DNA from: Thainema sp.
Lineage (GTDB): Bacteria > Cyanobacteriota > Cyanobacteriia > Phormidesmidales > Phormidesmidaceae
NCBI GenBank assembly: GCA_052168235.1
Contig: JBQLZK010000043.1
Location: 1-62,989, forward strand
DNA length: 62,989 nucleotides
Direction: 5' to 3'
Numbering within the stretch: position 1 is the stretch's first letter; each line of letters starts with the position of its first letter. The notes below the pieces were generated by a model that did no database searches, was not told the origin of the DNA, and was given only the letters and a program-made list of their open reading frames with translations. The translations under genes were made by a program, and so were the position numbers. Shown in pieces: positions 9,889 to 19,973 of this stretch.

Positions 9889-10626
9889 CTAGCGTTTTTT
9901 AACGCCAAACCCTTTAGCTGGGTTGGGGCAAATGCTTTTAAATTTGACTTGATTGGTAGCGGGATTGTAGAGAGCATAGGATGCTTGGTCAGATCGTCGG
10001 CCTACGTTGCCAACTCCCACCACGCGACGAGGCGAACGTTCCTGTTCCTGGGAAACGGCGCTTTGATCCAGTGTTGTCAGCGTTGAATGCAGGGCACTAG
10101 GCTCGACCCAGCATTCAAAGGCAAGACCTGATCGGCCACAAAACAACGTGTTGGCATCGGCGCGAATTAAGCGATCGCACAATTGGATGGGCGACGTATC
10201 CGGCGTTAATTCATCGCTGTAACTGACGGTACTCCCGTGAATGAGCAGACAATCCAGTTCATGAAAACCAAAGTCAAGATGGCTCAACCATCGCACCGTC
10301 TCTCGGGATACAGCATCCCATAGATCTTTTGCAGCGCTCAGACCATAGCGCTCAACTAATTCGGGAGCATCAGGCAACCCTCGAATGCCATACAGGCTAA
10401 AGCATTGCTCCTCCCACCAGCCGGAACAAATTTGAGGTTCTGGCTCATCTGGACGATGCGATCGCACTCGCTGTACTAGTGCCTGATTATCACCCTGCAA
10501 TCCGACTAAATCTCCCAGAATATAGAGTTCTGTGACGGGATCGCGCTGCCGCTTGATATCAGCTAGCACAGCCTCGTAGGCGGCCAAATTTCCCTCAATT
10601 CCGCTCAAAAGAGCCCACTGTGCCAT
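9889..10626 (-). CDS. Metallophosphoesterase-fold protein with degenerate metal ligands
   Basis: SGIEGN, GDLVG, HGST and CGRSG; paralog of 10905-11717. Confidence 0.75.
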   Translation of the reverse strand: MAQWALLSGIEGNLAAYEAVLADIKRQRDPVTELYILGDLVGLQGDNQALVQRVRSHRPDEPEPQICSGWWEEQCFSLYGIRGLPDAPELVERYGLSAAKDLWDAVSRETVRWLSHLDFGFHELDCLLIHGSTVSYSDELTPDTSPIQLCDRLIRADANTLFCGRSGLAFECWVEPSALHSTLTTLDQSAVSQEQERSPRRVVGVGNVGRRSDQASYALYNPATNQVKFKSICPNPAKGFGVKKR

Positions 10627-10685
10627 AGTTCATCCGTTACATATTCATCGTGAACATAAGTAGCTGCATATGAATAAATGCATAA

Positions 10686-10880
10686 CTAAAAAACCGGGGG
10701 AGCACCCCGGTAGGGTGTACTTGTTTAGCGAAACACTCTGACAGATTCCCCTAAATCCCTCTTGTTAAGGGTGACTTTGAGCTAGCGGTGGTATAGCCCC
10801 TTTTTTAAGGGGGCGGCGACAGCGGGGGATCGTACAACTACGCTGAACACATACGGAGGGATGCTCCCCCGGTTTTTTAG
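10686..10880. mobile_element. MITE-like element nested in a terminator-like inverted repeat
   Basis: Outer arms CTAAAAAACCGGGGGAGCA/TGCTCCCCCGGTTTTTTAG. The inner element has imperfect ends GTACTTGTTTAGCG/CGCTGAACACATAC and a CCCCT..TTAAGGGG core. Confidence 0.55.
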
Positions 10881-10904
10881 ATGCGTTGATGCCAACTGAC
10901 TTCG

Positions 10905-11717
10905 TTATCGTGCACATACATGTGCTGGGTCATCGGCCCGTTCAGCAAACTCCATGCCCTGGGCAAGTCGCCAAGCAAAAATGGGAGGTAAGCCTAATTC
11001 GATAATGGCAGCGCAGGTTTTCTCATAGTCGTAGGGCACTTCCCGGAGGATGACCTGGGCCGTGTCGGTGTCGTACAGGACGTAGGTGGCGTTGGGTCTG
11101 CCGTGGCGAGGTTCGCCGACGGAACCCGCGTTGATAATGCGTTTGAGAGGTGCAGTGAATTCTCGGCGGGTTTCAGGTTGGCCGGGCTGCTGCACTTTTA
11201 CGGCCAGCGTGCCATTGTCCAGTTCACGCAGATACGGCTTATGGGTGTGGCCACAAAAGAGGACATCGGCCTCAGCCGTGAGCACTCGCTCTAGAGCCGC
11301 AAAACCATCCATTGTTGGTAGCAAATATTCGTGCTGGCTGTTGGGGCTACCGTGGACAAAGCAAAGATTATCAACCCGCAGAGTCATGGGTAAATCAGCC
11401 AGGTACTGCCGAACTTCGGGATGGATGACCTGATTCGTCCACTCATGGGCTGAACGGCTCCGCTTTTCGGCCAGTTGAGAGGGGTAGCTGCACTCGCAGG
11501 CATTCAGCCCTTCTACAATGTCCTCATCCCAACAGCCCTGGCAGGTAGGGATGTCTAGAGAACGAATCATCTCCACTACGGCGTTGGGGTAAGGGCCATA
11601 GCCAACCAGGTCGCCTAAACAATAGATTTGGTCAGCTCGCTGCTGATCAATATCCGATAGCACCGCATTCAGGGCTTCATAGTTGCCGTGAATACATGAT
11701 ATAACCGCTAATTTCAT
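10905..11717 (-). CDS. Metallophosphoesterase (calcineurin-like)
   Basis: SCIHGN, GDLVGYG, HGSP, CGHTH and NAGSVG motifs. Confidence 0.88.
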   Translation of the reverse strand: MKLAVISCIHGNYEALNAVLSDIDQQRADQIYCLGDLVGYGPYPNAVVEMIRSLDIPTCQGCWDEDIVEGLNACECSYPSQLAEKRSRSAHEWTNQVIHPEVRQYLADLPMTLRVDNLCFVHGSPNSQHEYLLPTMDGFAALERVLTAEADVLFCGHTHKPYLRELDNGTLAVKVQQPGQPETRREFTAPLKRIINAGSVGEPRHGRPNATYVLYDTDTAQVILREVPYDYEKTCAAIIELGLPPIFAWRLAQGMEFAERADDPAHVCAR

Positions 11718-12487
11718 CTCAGGATTACCTCCTCGTCTGTTGCGTTTGCATCTCGGTAGTACTGCTGGTGTTGCGCGATCTCACTATCGGCCAAACAGCT
11801 ATCTAGCAGCGTCAAGGCAATGAGCTGTTGCTGTAGATCCCAGCCGACGACCTCAATCCCGCTTGGGCGTTGGGGTCGCCCTTCCAACCAGCGCGGCAGG
11901 CTGAGTTCGGTATATTCAATGCCGGGCAGTCCTTCGACAAAATCAACATAGAAGGCGCGGCCATCGGGCAGTTCAAAGACGCCCTTCACGCGGTGTACGT
12001 GGCCGTAGGCTCCACCCGTCAGCTCAATGAACAGTTCATCTAAGCTTGGTGGGTCAAAGACCTGCCCCGTCAGTGATGTGCGCCAAATTTCCGGTAAGTG
12101 TGCTTCATCTGCAACTGCGATCGCATTTCCAGTCATCACCTGATCGGCCCAGTCGTGCCAATCTGAAGATGGCCAGTCCGGGGGCAAAACAGCAATGCGA
12201 TCTCAGGCTGACTCCAGCCAAACTAGCGACTCTAAATCAAGCTGAAATCCGATTTCAAGATAGACGGTAGCGGTGTCCGGTAAGTCTGCTAGCGTCTCGT
12301 TAAGCTGGCTTTCGGGCACGACCTGCACCCATGGAAACCGATAGCCAATACGGACTAGATCAACAGAGGCATCTCCTAGCCCCAAGCTGGCATAGTAGAC
12401 GGGATGAGATTGCTCCTGCAAAAACTGGCTCAACCAAGTGGTTTTGCCGCTGCCAGAAGGGCCAGAAACGACGACAAGGTGTGGCAT
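11714..12487 (-). pseudogene. CobW-related P-loop protein split by one in-frame TGA at 12203-12205
   Basis: GPSGSGKTT N-half and RVKGVFELPDG C-half are in the same frame: ...WLESA*DRIAVLPP... Confidence 0.8.
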
Positions 12488-12559
12488 AGGAACAGTAAAA
12501 ATTGAAGTTGATGGACTGAATTTTGATGGACTGAATATTGACAACCTTTCTGAACGTTT

Positions 12560-13198
12560 CTAGTGAAATGCTGGACGGTGACGAATCAGGCTCATAGACT
12601 CTTGGCGAGTTTTAGGATCTTCGGCAAAGACGCCCCGCATAGCACTGGTAGTCGTCCAGGAACCCGGCTTTTGAACGCCACGCATCACCATGCACATGTG
12701 ACTCGCTTCGATGACGACGGCAACACCTTGGGGTTTCAGCAGACCTTCCAGGGCATCAGCAATCTGGGCGGTGAGTCGTTCCTGAACTTGCAGACGTCGA
12801 GCATACATCTCGCAGATGCGAGCAATTTTGGAGAGGCCAATGACTTTGCCATCGGGAACGTAGGCGACATGGGCGCGACCCAGAATTGGTAGGATGTGGT
12901 GCTCGCAGGAGCTGAACAGGTCGATGTCGCGCACCAGCACCATTTCGTTGGCGTTTTCGTGAAAGACGGCTCCGTTGAGCAACTCATCCAGGGATTGGTG
13001 ATAGCCGGAGGTGAGAAACTTCAGGGCTTTGACAACTCGCTTTGGAGTATCGACTAACCCTTCGCGATCCGGGTCTTCGCCCAGACCCAGCAGCAGTGTG
13101 CGGACGGCTTGTTCCATCTCTTGGTCGGAGACGGGGGAGTCAGCTTTAGTTTTGATTGAACTGGATTGGAACTCGTCACGAGAAATGGATAAGGTCAT
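12560..13198 (-). CDS. folE: GTP cyclohydrolase I
   Basis: [23 protein letters not shown] and HMCMVMRG motifs. Confidence 0.96.
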   Translation of the reverse strand: MTLSISRDEFQSSSIKTKADSPVSDQEMEQAVRTLLLGLGEDPDREGLVDTPKRVVKALKFLTSGYHQSLDELLNGAVFHENANEMVLVRDIDLFSSCEHHILPILGRAHVAYVPDGKVIGLSKIARICEMYARRLQVQERLTAQIADALEGLLKPQGVAVVIEASHMCMVMRGVQKPGSWTTTSAMRGVFAEDPKTRQESMSLIRHRPAFH

Positions 13199-13279
13199 GG
13201 CTAATTCCTAACTACAGTAAAAAGAGGGAAACAAATGAAGATGAGCTAGTTTTGGGGTGGAGTGGTTCAGGGTTTGGGG

Positions 13280-13702
13280 TTAATGCTGTAACTGATAGGC
13301 TTTGGCTTTCATCGTGTTGAAAATGTTATAAAACCCATTGGCACGAGATGGCGTCAAGCTGACACTCAGCCCAGTCTCTTGAATAAAGTCCGGTTTGAGC
13401 TGAAGAATCGTATCTGGGGATAAGCCATTCAGACCCTCAATCAAAAATCCAACCAGACCTTTAGTAATTAGGGCGTCAGAATCTCCGTGGAATATAACCT
13501 TTCCCTCCTTTAAGGTTGCTGTAATGTAGACTTGAGACACACAGCCTGCCACCTTGTTTTTAGGAGTTTTATCGGATGCCGGGAAGGGCGGCAATCGCTT
13601 CGCAAACCACAGTAAATATTCATAGCGCTTCTTGTTATCAGCGGTTTGTTGAAGACGCTGAACAAATTTATCGAGCTGCGGTGTAGGTAAGAGTTCAGTC
13701 AT
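13280..13702 (-). CDS. sufE: SufE family protein
   Basis: VAGCVSQV, GDSDALITKG and SLTPSRANGF motifs. Confidence 0.92.
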   Translation of the reverse strand: MTELLPTPQLDKFVQRLQQTADNKKRYEYLLWFAKRLPPFPASDKTPKNKVAGCVSQVYITATLKEGKVIFHGDSDALITKGLVGFLIEGLNGLSPDTILQLKPDFIQETGLSVSLTPSRANGFYNIFNTMKAKAYQLQH

Positions 13703-13797
13703 AGGCTGTTAATCGGCATAAATTGGGTTTAACTCTTGGTTGGTTATCTTTAAGATCGGTTTTCTCTGAGTTGAGAGTCATTCCAGTAGAAGCCGTA

Positions 13798-14793
13798 CTA
13801 AAGCTGGAGCAGCTTGCCTGCCAAGCAGTTCGTTAGCTGCTGATGCAGTTGCAGTGGGTTCAACTGACGACCGATGAATACAAGCTGATTTTGGGGTGCG
13901 GTTGTCCAGGGTTCTGGGGTGATGCTGCACCGCTGCCCGCTGAGCTGAAAAATATAGCGATCGCATTCTCCTTCAAACCAGAGAATCCCCTTGGCGCGAA
14001 ACACATTCATCGGCAGTTGTGTCGTTAAAAAGTGCTCAAACTTAGCCAAGCCAAAGGGGCGATCGCTCTTAAACGGCACTGAAACAAAACCATCTTGCAC
14101 TAGGTGAGCTGGTTCTGACCCTTCCAGTAACTGCTCTGGTAATACAGTCGGCGCAGTAGTACTGCCAATGTCGAGCAACGCTGAGAGAGGTAAACCCTCA
14201 GGATTCTCAGTTAGAGAACATCGTAGGAGCCGCGTCTGTTGCCTTTTGGCCTGAATATAGTCTTCTAACCAAATCAGCTTCGACTCTGGGACTAAGTCAG
14301 CTTTGTTCAACAGAATCATGTCACCATACAGCAACTGTCTGAGCGCAGCTTCGCTACTGAAATGACCTTCTGTAAAGGCTTCTGCATCTACAACTGTAAT
14401 CACTGAATCAAGGTGAGTGAACACCTTCAGTTCTGTACTCAGAAACGTCATCATGATCGGCAGTGGATCAGCTAATCCAGTGGTTTCAACCACTAAATAG
14501 TCAATCCGCTCCTCTCGCTCCAGTACAGCAAATACGGCCTCAACCAAATTGTCGTTGATAGTGCAGCAGATACAGCCATTACTCAGCTCCACCATGTTTG
14601 TAGCGACCGATGCCAGCAATTGGCTATCAATGTTGATGTCGCCAAACTCATTGACCAGCACCGCCACCTTCAGGTTCTGCTGATTGGTCAGAATGTAGTT
14701 CAGTAGCGTAGTCTTGCCGCTGCCCAAAAAACCGGTGATTAGGGTAACAGGCATCCCTCGCTTGGGAGCCAGTTCTGATAATGAAGCAGTCAT
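13798..14793 (-). CDS. Second COG0523 GTPase
   Basis: GFLGSGKTT, GCICC and NKAD motifs; no His tract. Confidence 0.92.
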   Translation of the reverse strand: MTASLSELAPKRGMPVTLITGFLGSGKTTLLNYILTNQQNLKVAVLVNEFGDINIDSQLLASVATNMVELSNGCICCTINDNLVEAVFAVLEREERIDYLVVETTGLADPLPIMMTFLSTELKVFTHLDSVITVVDAEAFTEGHFSSEAALRQLLYGDMILLNKADLVPESKLIWLEDYIQAKRQQTRLLRCSLTENPEGLPLSALLDIGSTTAPTVLPEQLLEGSEPAHLVQDGFVSVPFKSDRPFGLAKFEHFLTTQLPMNVFRAKGILWFEGECDRYIFQLSGQRCSITPEPWTTAPQNQLVFIGRQLNPLQLHQQLTNCLAGKLLQL

Positions 14794-15080
14794 TTCATCG
14801 ACCTCAAAATCGTGGATGAAATCGGTGTTGCGATCTGCAAGCGATCGCAGGGAATATGATCGGCCAGCAGTGTGGTGATGCCATCACCACTGTAAATTTC
14901 GAGTATTGCCTCTGCGACGGTTTCAAACAGGAGTAAGTCACCCGGAAATACAACGCGTTCGAAATACCAATGGGCAATGTTGGAAATTCGAGCAATTTGT
15001 AAGTTAGATGACAGGTTGTGATAGCCGCACAGAAATCTGTTTGGCAGTTGGCAGGGCAGGGCATCAAGAATTTGGGTCAT
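14790..15080 (-). CDS. DUF1830 family protein
   Basis: QIARISNIAHWYFERVVFPG and IPCDRL motifs. Confidence 0.8.
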   Translation of the reverse strand: MTQILDALPCQLPNRFLCGYHNLSSNLQIARISNIAHWYFERVVFPGDLLLFETVAEAILEIYSGDGITTLLADHIPCDRLQIATPISSTILRSMK

Positions 15081-15083
15081 GGT

Positions 15084-15917
15084 TCAGGCAGCCAGAACGC
15101 GAGCTTTAGGGATCAGAATGGCCAGCAGAAAAATGGCCAGTTGAACGGTAACGATGCTAGGGCCAGAGGGGAGGTCAAACAGAGCGGACAGGAGCATACC
15201 AATGACGGCGCTCACGGCTCCCAGGACAGCGGAGATCAGGATGTAGTGAGAAAAGTTGCGGCTGAGCAGACGGGCGGCACAGGCTGGAATGACGACAAAG
15301 GCACTGATCAGCAAAACGCCAATGGCTTTAATGGAGATGCCCACCACCAGAGAAAGCAGCACAACAAAGGCGGTGCGCTGGGCCGAGACGTTGACGCCCC
15401 GCGCGATCGCCATTGGTTCATTCAGAGTGAGAAGAATTTGCGATCGCAACGTCAAGCCAATGAACGCTACACACACCGCCAGCAGCAGAGCGCTGAAGAT
15501 CAGATCAGGGGTTTGCACAGCCAGAATGTCGCCAAAGAGTAAGTTCGTAATGCCTCCCTGATATTCATCCCGAAAGCTGAGCAAAATGATGCCTACGGCT
15601 AGGGAAGACGAATAGATGATGTTCAATAGGGCATCGGTCCAGAGCTGAGTCCGTTCCAGAAAATAGGTCACTACCAAGGCAAACACCACCGCAAAGGGCA
15701 GCAGTACCCAGGATGGGTTGAAGCCCAGCAGCAGCCCAATGCTAATGCCCAGCAGGGCGGAATGGCCTAGAGCATCGCTGAAGAAGGACAACTGCCGCAG
15801 GATGGTGAAGCTGCCTAGTAATCCCCCCATGAGTCCGGTCAACACGCCACCCATCAGCGCCCGCTGCATAAAGGGGAGTTGGAAGAGTTCGATGACGCGG
15901 GTGAGTTCGGTAGGCAT
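15084..15917 (-). CDS. znuB: Zinc ABC transporter permease
   Basis: DALGHSALLG, LLFGDIL and PSGPSIV motifs. Confidence 0.9.
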   Translation of the reverse strand: MPTELTRVIELFQLPFMQRALMGGVLTGLMGGLLGSFTILRQLSFFSDALGHSALLGISIGLLLGFNPSWVLLPFAVVFALVVTYFLERTQLWTDALLNIIYSSSLAVGIILLSFRDEYQGGITNLLFGDILAVQTPDLIFSALLLAVCVAFIGLTLRSQILLTLNEPMAIARGVNVSAQRTAFVVLLSLVVGISIKAIGVLLISAFVVIPACAARLLSRNFSHYILISAVLGAVSAVIGMLLSALFDLPSGPSIVTVQLAIFLLAILIPKARVLAA

Positions 15918-15941
15918 GGGGGGAGTGGGGGTTTAGGGAAT

Positions 15942-16418
15942 AGGGGGAGTGGGGAATGAGGGAGTGGGGGAGTGGGAAGAATAGGACAAGAGAGAGTCGG
16001 TTTTTGGGGGTGTAATGGTGGTGGGAAAAATTCAGTCTTATCGGGATTTGGAAGTTTGGCAGCAGGGAATGGCGTTGGCGGAAGTTTGCTATCGCATAAC
16101 GAGGACATTTCCGAGGGAAGAAATTTATGGCATGGTTTCACAAATTCGGAGAGCAGCGGTTTCAGTGCCAGCCAATATTGCTGAAGGCTATGGACGAGAA
16201 TATCGAAATGAATATATTAGATTTCTGCGGATTGCTCAGGGTTTTCTAAAAGAACTAGAGACCCATCTGATCCTTGCCGTGCGGGTAGAAATAATCACGA
16301 CAAAAACCGTGCAACCCATCCTCGCTCAATGTGAATCTACAGGTAAATTGCTGCGTGCCCTCCTTCGCGCTCTCCAAAAAAATCAATAACCCCACTCCCT
16401 CATTCCCTTACTCCCCCT
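15942..16418. repeat. Inverted purine/pyrimidine repeats flanking the four-helix-bundle gene
   Basis: GGGAATGAGGGAGTGGGG (15952-15969) is the exact reverse complement of 16390-16407. Confidence 0.85.
16015..16389 (+). CDS. Four-helix-bundle protein (23S rRNA IVP/Avd-like)
   Basis: YRDLEVWQ, FPREEIYG and QIRRAAVSVPANIAEG motifs; antisense within the znu operon. Confidence 0.9.
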   Translation: MVVGKIQSYRDLEVWQQGMALAEVCYRITRTFPREEIYGMVSQIRRAAVSVPANIAEGYGREYRNEYIRFLRIAQGFLKELETHLILAVRVEIITTKTVQPILAQCESTGKLLRALLRALQKNQ

Positions 16419-17187
16419 TGCCCGAACAAGAATGGTGATAGCGAACGAAATCTGACCCGTAGGCCAAAGACAATTGCTCAGGCGCAAGAGCGTGATCGGG
16501 AGGCCCCTGGCACAGCAGTCTCCGGTTCATGCAGAAGACGCGATCGCAGTTGCGACGCACCATATCTAGGTCGTGGGAAATCTGCAAAATCGCCCATCCC
16601 TGCTCCTGCTTTAGTTGATAGAGCAGCTGATAAAAATCAGATTCACTGCGTACATCCAACCCGGCTGGGGCTTCATCCAAAATCAAGAGGGAGCGGGGCC
16701 GCACCAGACAGTAGGCGAGCAGCACCCGTTTGGTTTCTCCTCCCGATAAGCTACTGACCAGTTGATCACGCAGGTGCCAAGCCTCCACTTGGGTCAACGC
16801 TGTTCGCACCGCATGACGACGCGCCCGGCCACCGACCCACGGCAGTTGCAGCCCCACTCGATCCCAGCCCAAGCCCACCAGCTCAGACGCGGTGATGGGA
16901 ATGCGGCGATCAAACAAAAAGTTTTGCGGCAGGTAAGCAATGCCCTGGCGCACCTTGGGTGGTAAGTAACCCCTGGCAGACAGAGGATGCCCCAGCACAA
17001 ATACGTCCCCCGATTGGCGCGGTAAAATGCCCAGCACCGCTTGAATTAGGGTACTTTTCCCAGCTCCGTTGGGGCCGATGATGGCGGTGTCTGTTCCGGG
17101 TTGCACCGCAAACGACACATTCTCCACAGCCCGGTGAGTTCCACGGTAAACCGTTAACCCCTCAATGACTAAAACCGGATCGCTCAA
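16408..17187 (-). CDS. znuC: Zinc ABC transporter ATPase
   Basis: GPNGAGKST, LSGGE, LDEAP and SHD motifs. Confidence 0.92.
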   Translation of the reverse strand: MSDPVLVIEGLTVYRGTHRAVENVSFAVQPGTDTAIIGPNGAGKSTLIQAVLGILPRQSGDVFVLGHPLSARGYLPPKVRQGIAYLPQNFLFDRRIPITASELVGLGWDRVGLQLPWVGGRARRHAVRTALTQVEAWHLRDQLVSSLSGGETKRVLLAYCLVRPRSLLILDEAPAGLDVRSESDFYQLLYQLKQEQGWAILQISHDLDMVRRNCDRVFCMNRRLLCQGPPDHALAPEQLSLAYGSDFVRYHHSCSGKGE

Positions 17188-17219
17188 GTCATGACTCCTT
17201 GCTCAGCACTGAACTAGCA

Positions 17220-18407
17220 TCAAAACCGCAGACCTACCCGCTGGGGCGCAACCGCCACAGGTTGGGGCACCCAGACTGGCAGCCACGCCTGGTCGGATGT
17301 CTCAAAGGAAGTCGCGAGATTATCAGCGTTCTGGCGCATGGTGTCCAGGTAGTACTGCGGCTGAATTGCGGTAGCGGGGCCGGTTTCAAGGGGGTCAAAC
17401 ACACCGACCTTGATGTTGAGATCATTTGCGATCGCATCAAAGGATTCCTGCCCGGCCTGGGGTTCGGTCATGATCGTTTTTAGACCTTCGGCCTGCACCG
17501 TTTCCATCACTTGCTTCACGTCTTCAGGAGACGGATTCTCTTCCGGAATGCCCACCAGCGTTTCGGATTCCAGCTCATAGCTATCGGCAAAGTAAGACGC
17601 GAAGTCATGGAACACCACAAAGGTTTGTCCCGTAAAGGGAGCCAGCTTTTCGGTGATTTCGGCATCCAGCGCTTCCAGTTCGGCAATAAAGGCAGCGGCA
17701 TTGGCGGTGTATTCGGCTTCACCTTCTGGATCAGCTGCAATCAGTCCATCCCGAATGTTTTCTACCTGCTCGATCGCCCGTTTGGGATCTAACCAAACAT
17801 GAGGATCAAATTCACCATGAGCGTGATCGTGGCCAGCGTGATCATGCTCCTCGCCTTCGGCATGGGCTTCGCCTTCAGCATGATCGTGTTCTTCGCCTTC
17901 GGCATGATCATGATCGTGGTCGTATTCTTCGCCCTCTGCGTGGTCATGATCCTCCCCGTGGCTATGGCCGTGTTCTGCATCGGCAGCGAGGGTGGCAATG
18001 CCTTCACTGGAGTCGATGATCGCCAAATCAGCATTTTCGGCATTCTCGATCATGTCGTCCAGGAAGAACTCCATTTCCAGACCATTTTTCACCAGCACAT
18101 CAGCATTGGCGAGCGCTTGGGCATCGCCTGGCTTAGCCTGATACTCATGGGGGCCAACGTTTGTTGGCAGCAGTTGCACGACTTCAGCGCGATTGCCTGC
18201 CACGGCTGTCGTGAACTGAGTAATGGGCAAGAACGTCGTCACCACTTGCAACGCATCTTCTGGAGCAGCGGCCACTTCCGCATCAGTCGCATCTGAGGAC
18301 TCGGTTTCGCTAGTGGGGGTATTAGTGGCGCAACTACCCAGGCCCAAGGCAATTGCCACAGAGGAGGCCAACAATAGAGCAGTTCGAGAAGGAAAGAGTT
18401 GAGGCAT
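17220..18407 (-). CDS. znuA: Zinc ABC transporter substrate-binding lipoprotein
   Basis: Lipobox LGSC, PHEY, His/Glu-rich loop, DPHVWLDP. Confidence 0.92.
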   Translation of the reverse strand: MPQLFPSRTALLLASSVAIALGLGSCATNTPTSETESSDATDAEVAAAPEDALQVVTTFLPITQFTTAVAGNRAEVVQLLPTNVGPHEYQAKPGDAQALANADVLVKNGLEMEFFLDDMIENAENADLAIIDSSEGIATLAADAEHGHSHGEDHDHAEGEEYDHDHDHAEGEEHDHAEGEAHAEGEEHDHAGHDHAHGEFDPHVWLDPKRAIEQVENIRDGLIAADPEGEAEYTANAAAFIAELEALDAEITEKLAPFTGQTFVVFHDFASYFADSYELESETLVGIPEENPSPEDVKQVMETVQAEGLKTIMTEPQAGQESFDAIANDLNIKVGVFDPLETGPATAIQPQYYLDTMRQNADNLATSFETSDQAWLPVWVPQPVAVAPQRVGLRF

Positions 18408-18455
18408 GGAGCGCTCTCCTGAGATGCTTAAAAGAACTAACTTTTTTGATAGTTT

Positions 18456-18470
18456 TGATAATGATTATCA
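18456..18470. promoter_or_regulatory. Zur box
   Basis: Perfect TGATAATGATTATCA 49 nt upstream of znuA, in the divergent promoter region. Confidence 0.92.
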
Positions 18471-18681
18471 TTCTAATTTGTCTTATTATCGTAGAGGTTC
18501 AACATTTATCTGTCAATTACCGCAGCATTTGTGCTTTAAAAAATGGGTCGCTATTCCTGCTGTCGGGGAAGTCGCAGCAACTCAAAGGGTTGGGGCTAAC
18601 CCATCATCCGTCCCCTGAACTATCGTGCGGCGGTGATACTTCCTTTTCTCCATTACTCGTTTATTGACCGCGTAAACCCTC

Positions 18682-19914
18682 ATGACCAACATGCAAACCG
18701 ATATCGCTATCATCGGCGCTGGGCCTCAAGCATTGACCCTGGTAACCCACTTGCTGCAAAAGAAGGCAAAACTCCGCCAGCGAATTCAAGTATTTGACCC
18801 TAGCGGCAGCTGGATGACGCAGTGGCATCAGCAGTTTGCCGCTCAGGAAATTGCCCAGTTGCGATCGCCCGCTGTTCATCATCCCGATCCCAATCCTCAC
18901 GCGCTCAGAACCTTTGCCGAAGGACGACATCACGAACTGCATCCGCCCTATGACCGACCCGGTACTCACTTATTTCGAGAGTTCTGCGACACGGTAGTTC
19001 AGCGTTGGCAACTGCAGGATTGGGTCACTCCCGCTCAAGTCGTTCAGTTGGAATCCTTGCGACAAAAGCCGTCTCGCTTTCGGCTAACCCTGCATACAGG
19101 GGCAATAGTGCTCGCTCGACGCGTGGTGCTGGCAACGGGAGGGGGGCAGATGTCTATTCCAGGTTGGGTAAAGCGGATTGATTCGCCTTATCCGGCAGAT
19201 CGCCTGTGCCATACCAATCAGGTAAAACTGCCAGACTTAACGTCCCTCCAAGGTGAAACAGTACTGATCGTGGGGAGTGGCTTAACCAGTGGTCATTTAG
19301 CGGTCGGAGCCGTGCAGCGCGGGGCCAAAGTTGTGATGATGGCGCGGCGTACCTTTCAGGAAAAAATATTTGATGCGGAACCGGGATGGCTGGGGCCAAA
19401 GTATCTCAAGGACTTCCATGCAGAACCAGATATGCAGATCCGCTGGCAACAGGTGCAACAGGCTCGTAACGGTGGCTCACTCACACCGGCCATGATGACG
19501 CGCCTGCGCCGCCTGGAACACCAGGGGCAGATCACCGTTTATGAACACTGCCAGGTAGCCGACGCTCACTGGTTGGGGAATGCGTGGCAAATTTGCTGCG
19601 ATAACCATGCCGTACATGATTGCATTGCTCATCAACCCATTCAGCGGATCTGGTTGGCAACAGGGACGAGTTTAGATATTCAGGCTCACCCCCTGCTAGC
19701 AAACATCTTGCACCAGTATCCGATTGAGGTCGTTAATGGAGTCCCCGTTTTGGATGAGCATCTGCGTTGGCCAGGATGTGAACTGTTTCTAATGGGGCCT
19801 TGGGCCGCACTGCGAGTTGGGCCAGTGGCTCGGAATTTGTTTGGTGGAAAGTTAGCGTCTGATCGAATCGTGCCAGCCCTGACGAAGGCTAGCCTGTCGT
19901 TTGCTCGCTCCTAA
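18682..19914 (+). CDS. FAD/NAD(P)-binding oxidoreductase (lysine/ornithine N-hydroxylase-like)
   Basis: GAGPQAL, LRSPAVHHPDP, GSGLTSG and GPVARNLFG motifs. Confidence 0.8.
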   Translation: MTNMQTDIAIIGAGPQALTLVTHLLQKKAKLRQRIQVFDPSGSWMTQWHQQFAAQEIAQLRSPAVHHPDPNPHALRTFAEGRHHELHPPYDRPGTHLFREFCDTVVQRWQLQDWVTPAQVVQLESLRQKPSRFRLTLHTGAIVLARRVVLATGGGQMSIPGWVKRIDSPYPADRLCHTNQVKLPDLTSLQGETVLIVGSGLTSGHLAVGAVQRGAKVVMMARRTFQEKIFDAEPGWLGPKYLKDFHAEPDMQIRWQQVQQARNGGSLTPAMMTRLRRLEHQGQITVYEHCQVADAHWLGNAWQICCDNHAVHDCIAHQPIQRIWLATGTSLDIQAHPLLANILHQYPIEVVNGVPVLDEHLRWPGCELFLMGPWAALRVGPVARNLFGGKLASDRIVPALTKASLSFARS

Positions 19915-19973
19915 ATCATCCTGAAGATGGAGTCTATACGCCATAATGAACCCATGAACCCCTTGAGATATTT

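Noticed and set aside
12203..12205. Selenocysteine codon
   Set aside because: No redox motif, evident SECIS or sel machinery; a C->A change in a HIP1 site is simpler.
16015..16389. Diversity-generating retroelement
   Set aside because: Only the Avd-like fold is present; no reverse transcriptase or TR/VR pair seen.
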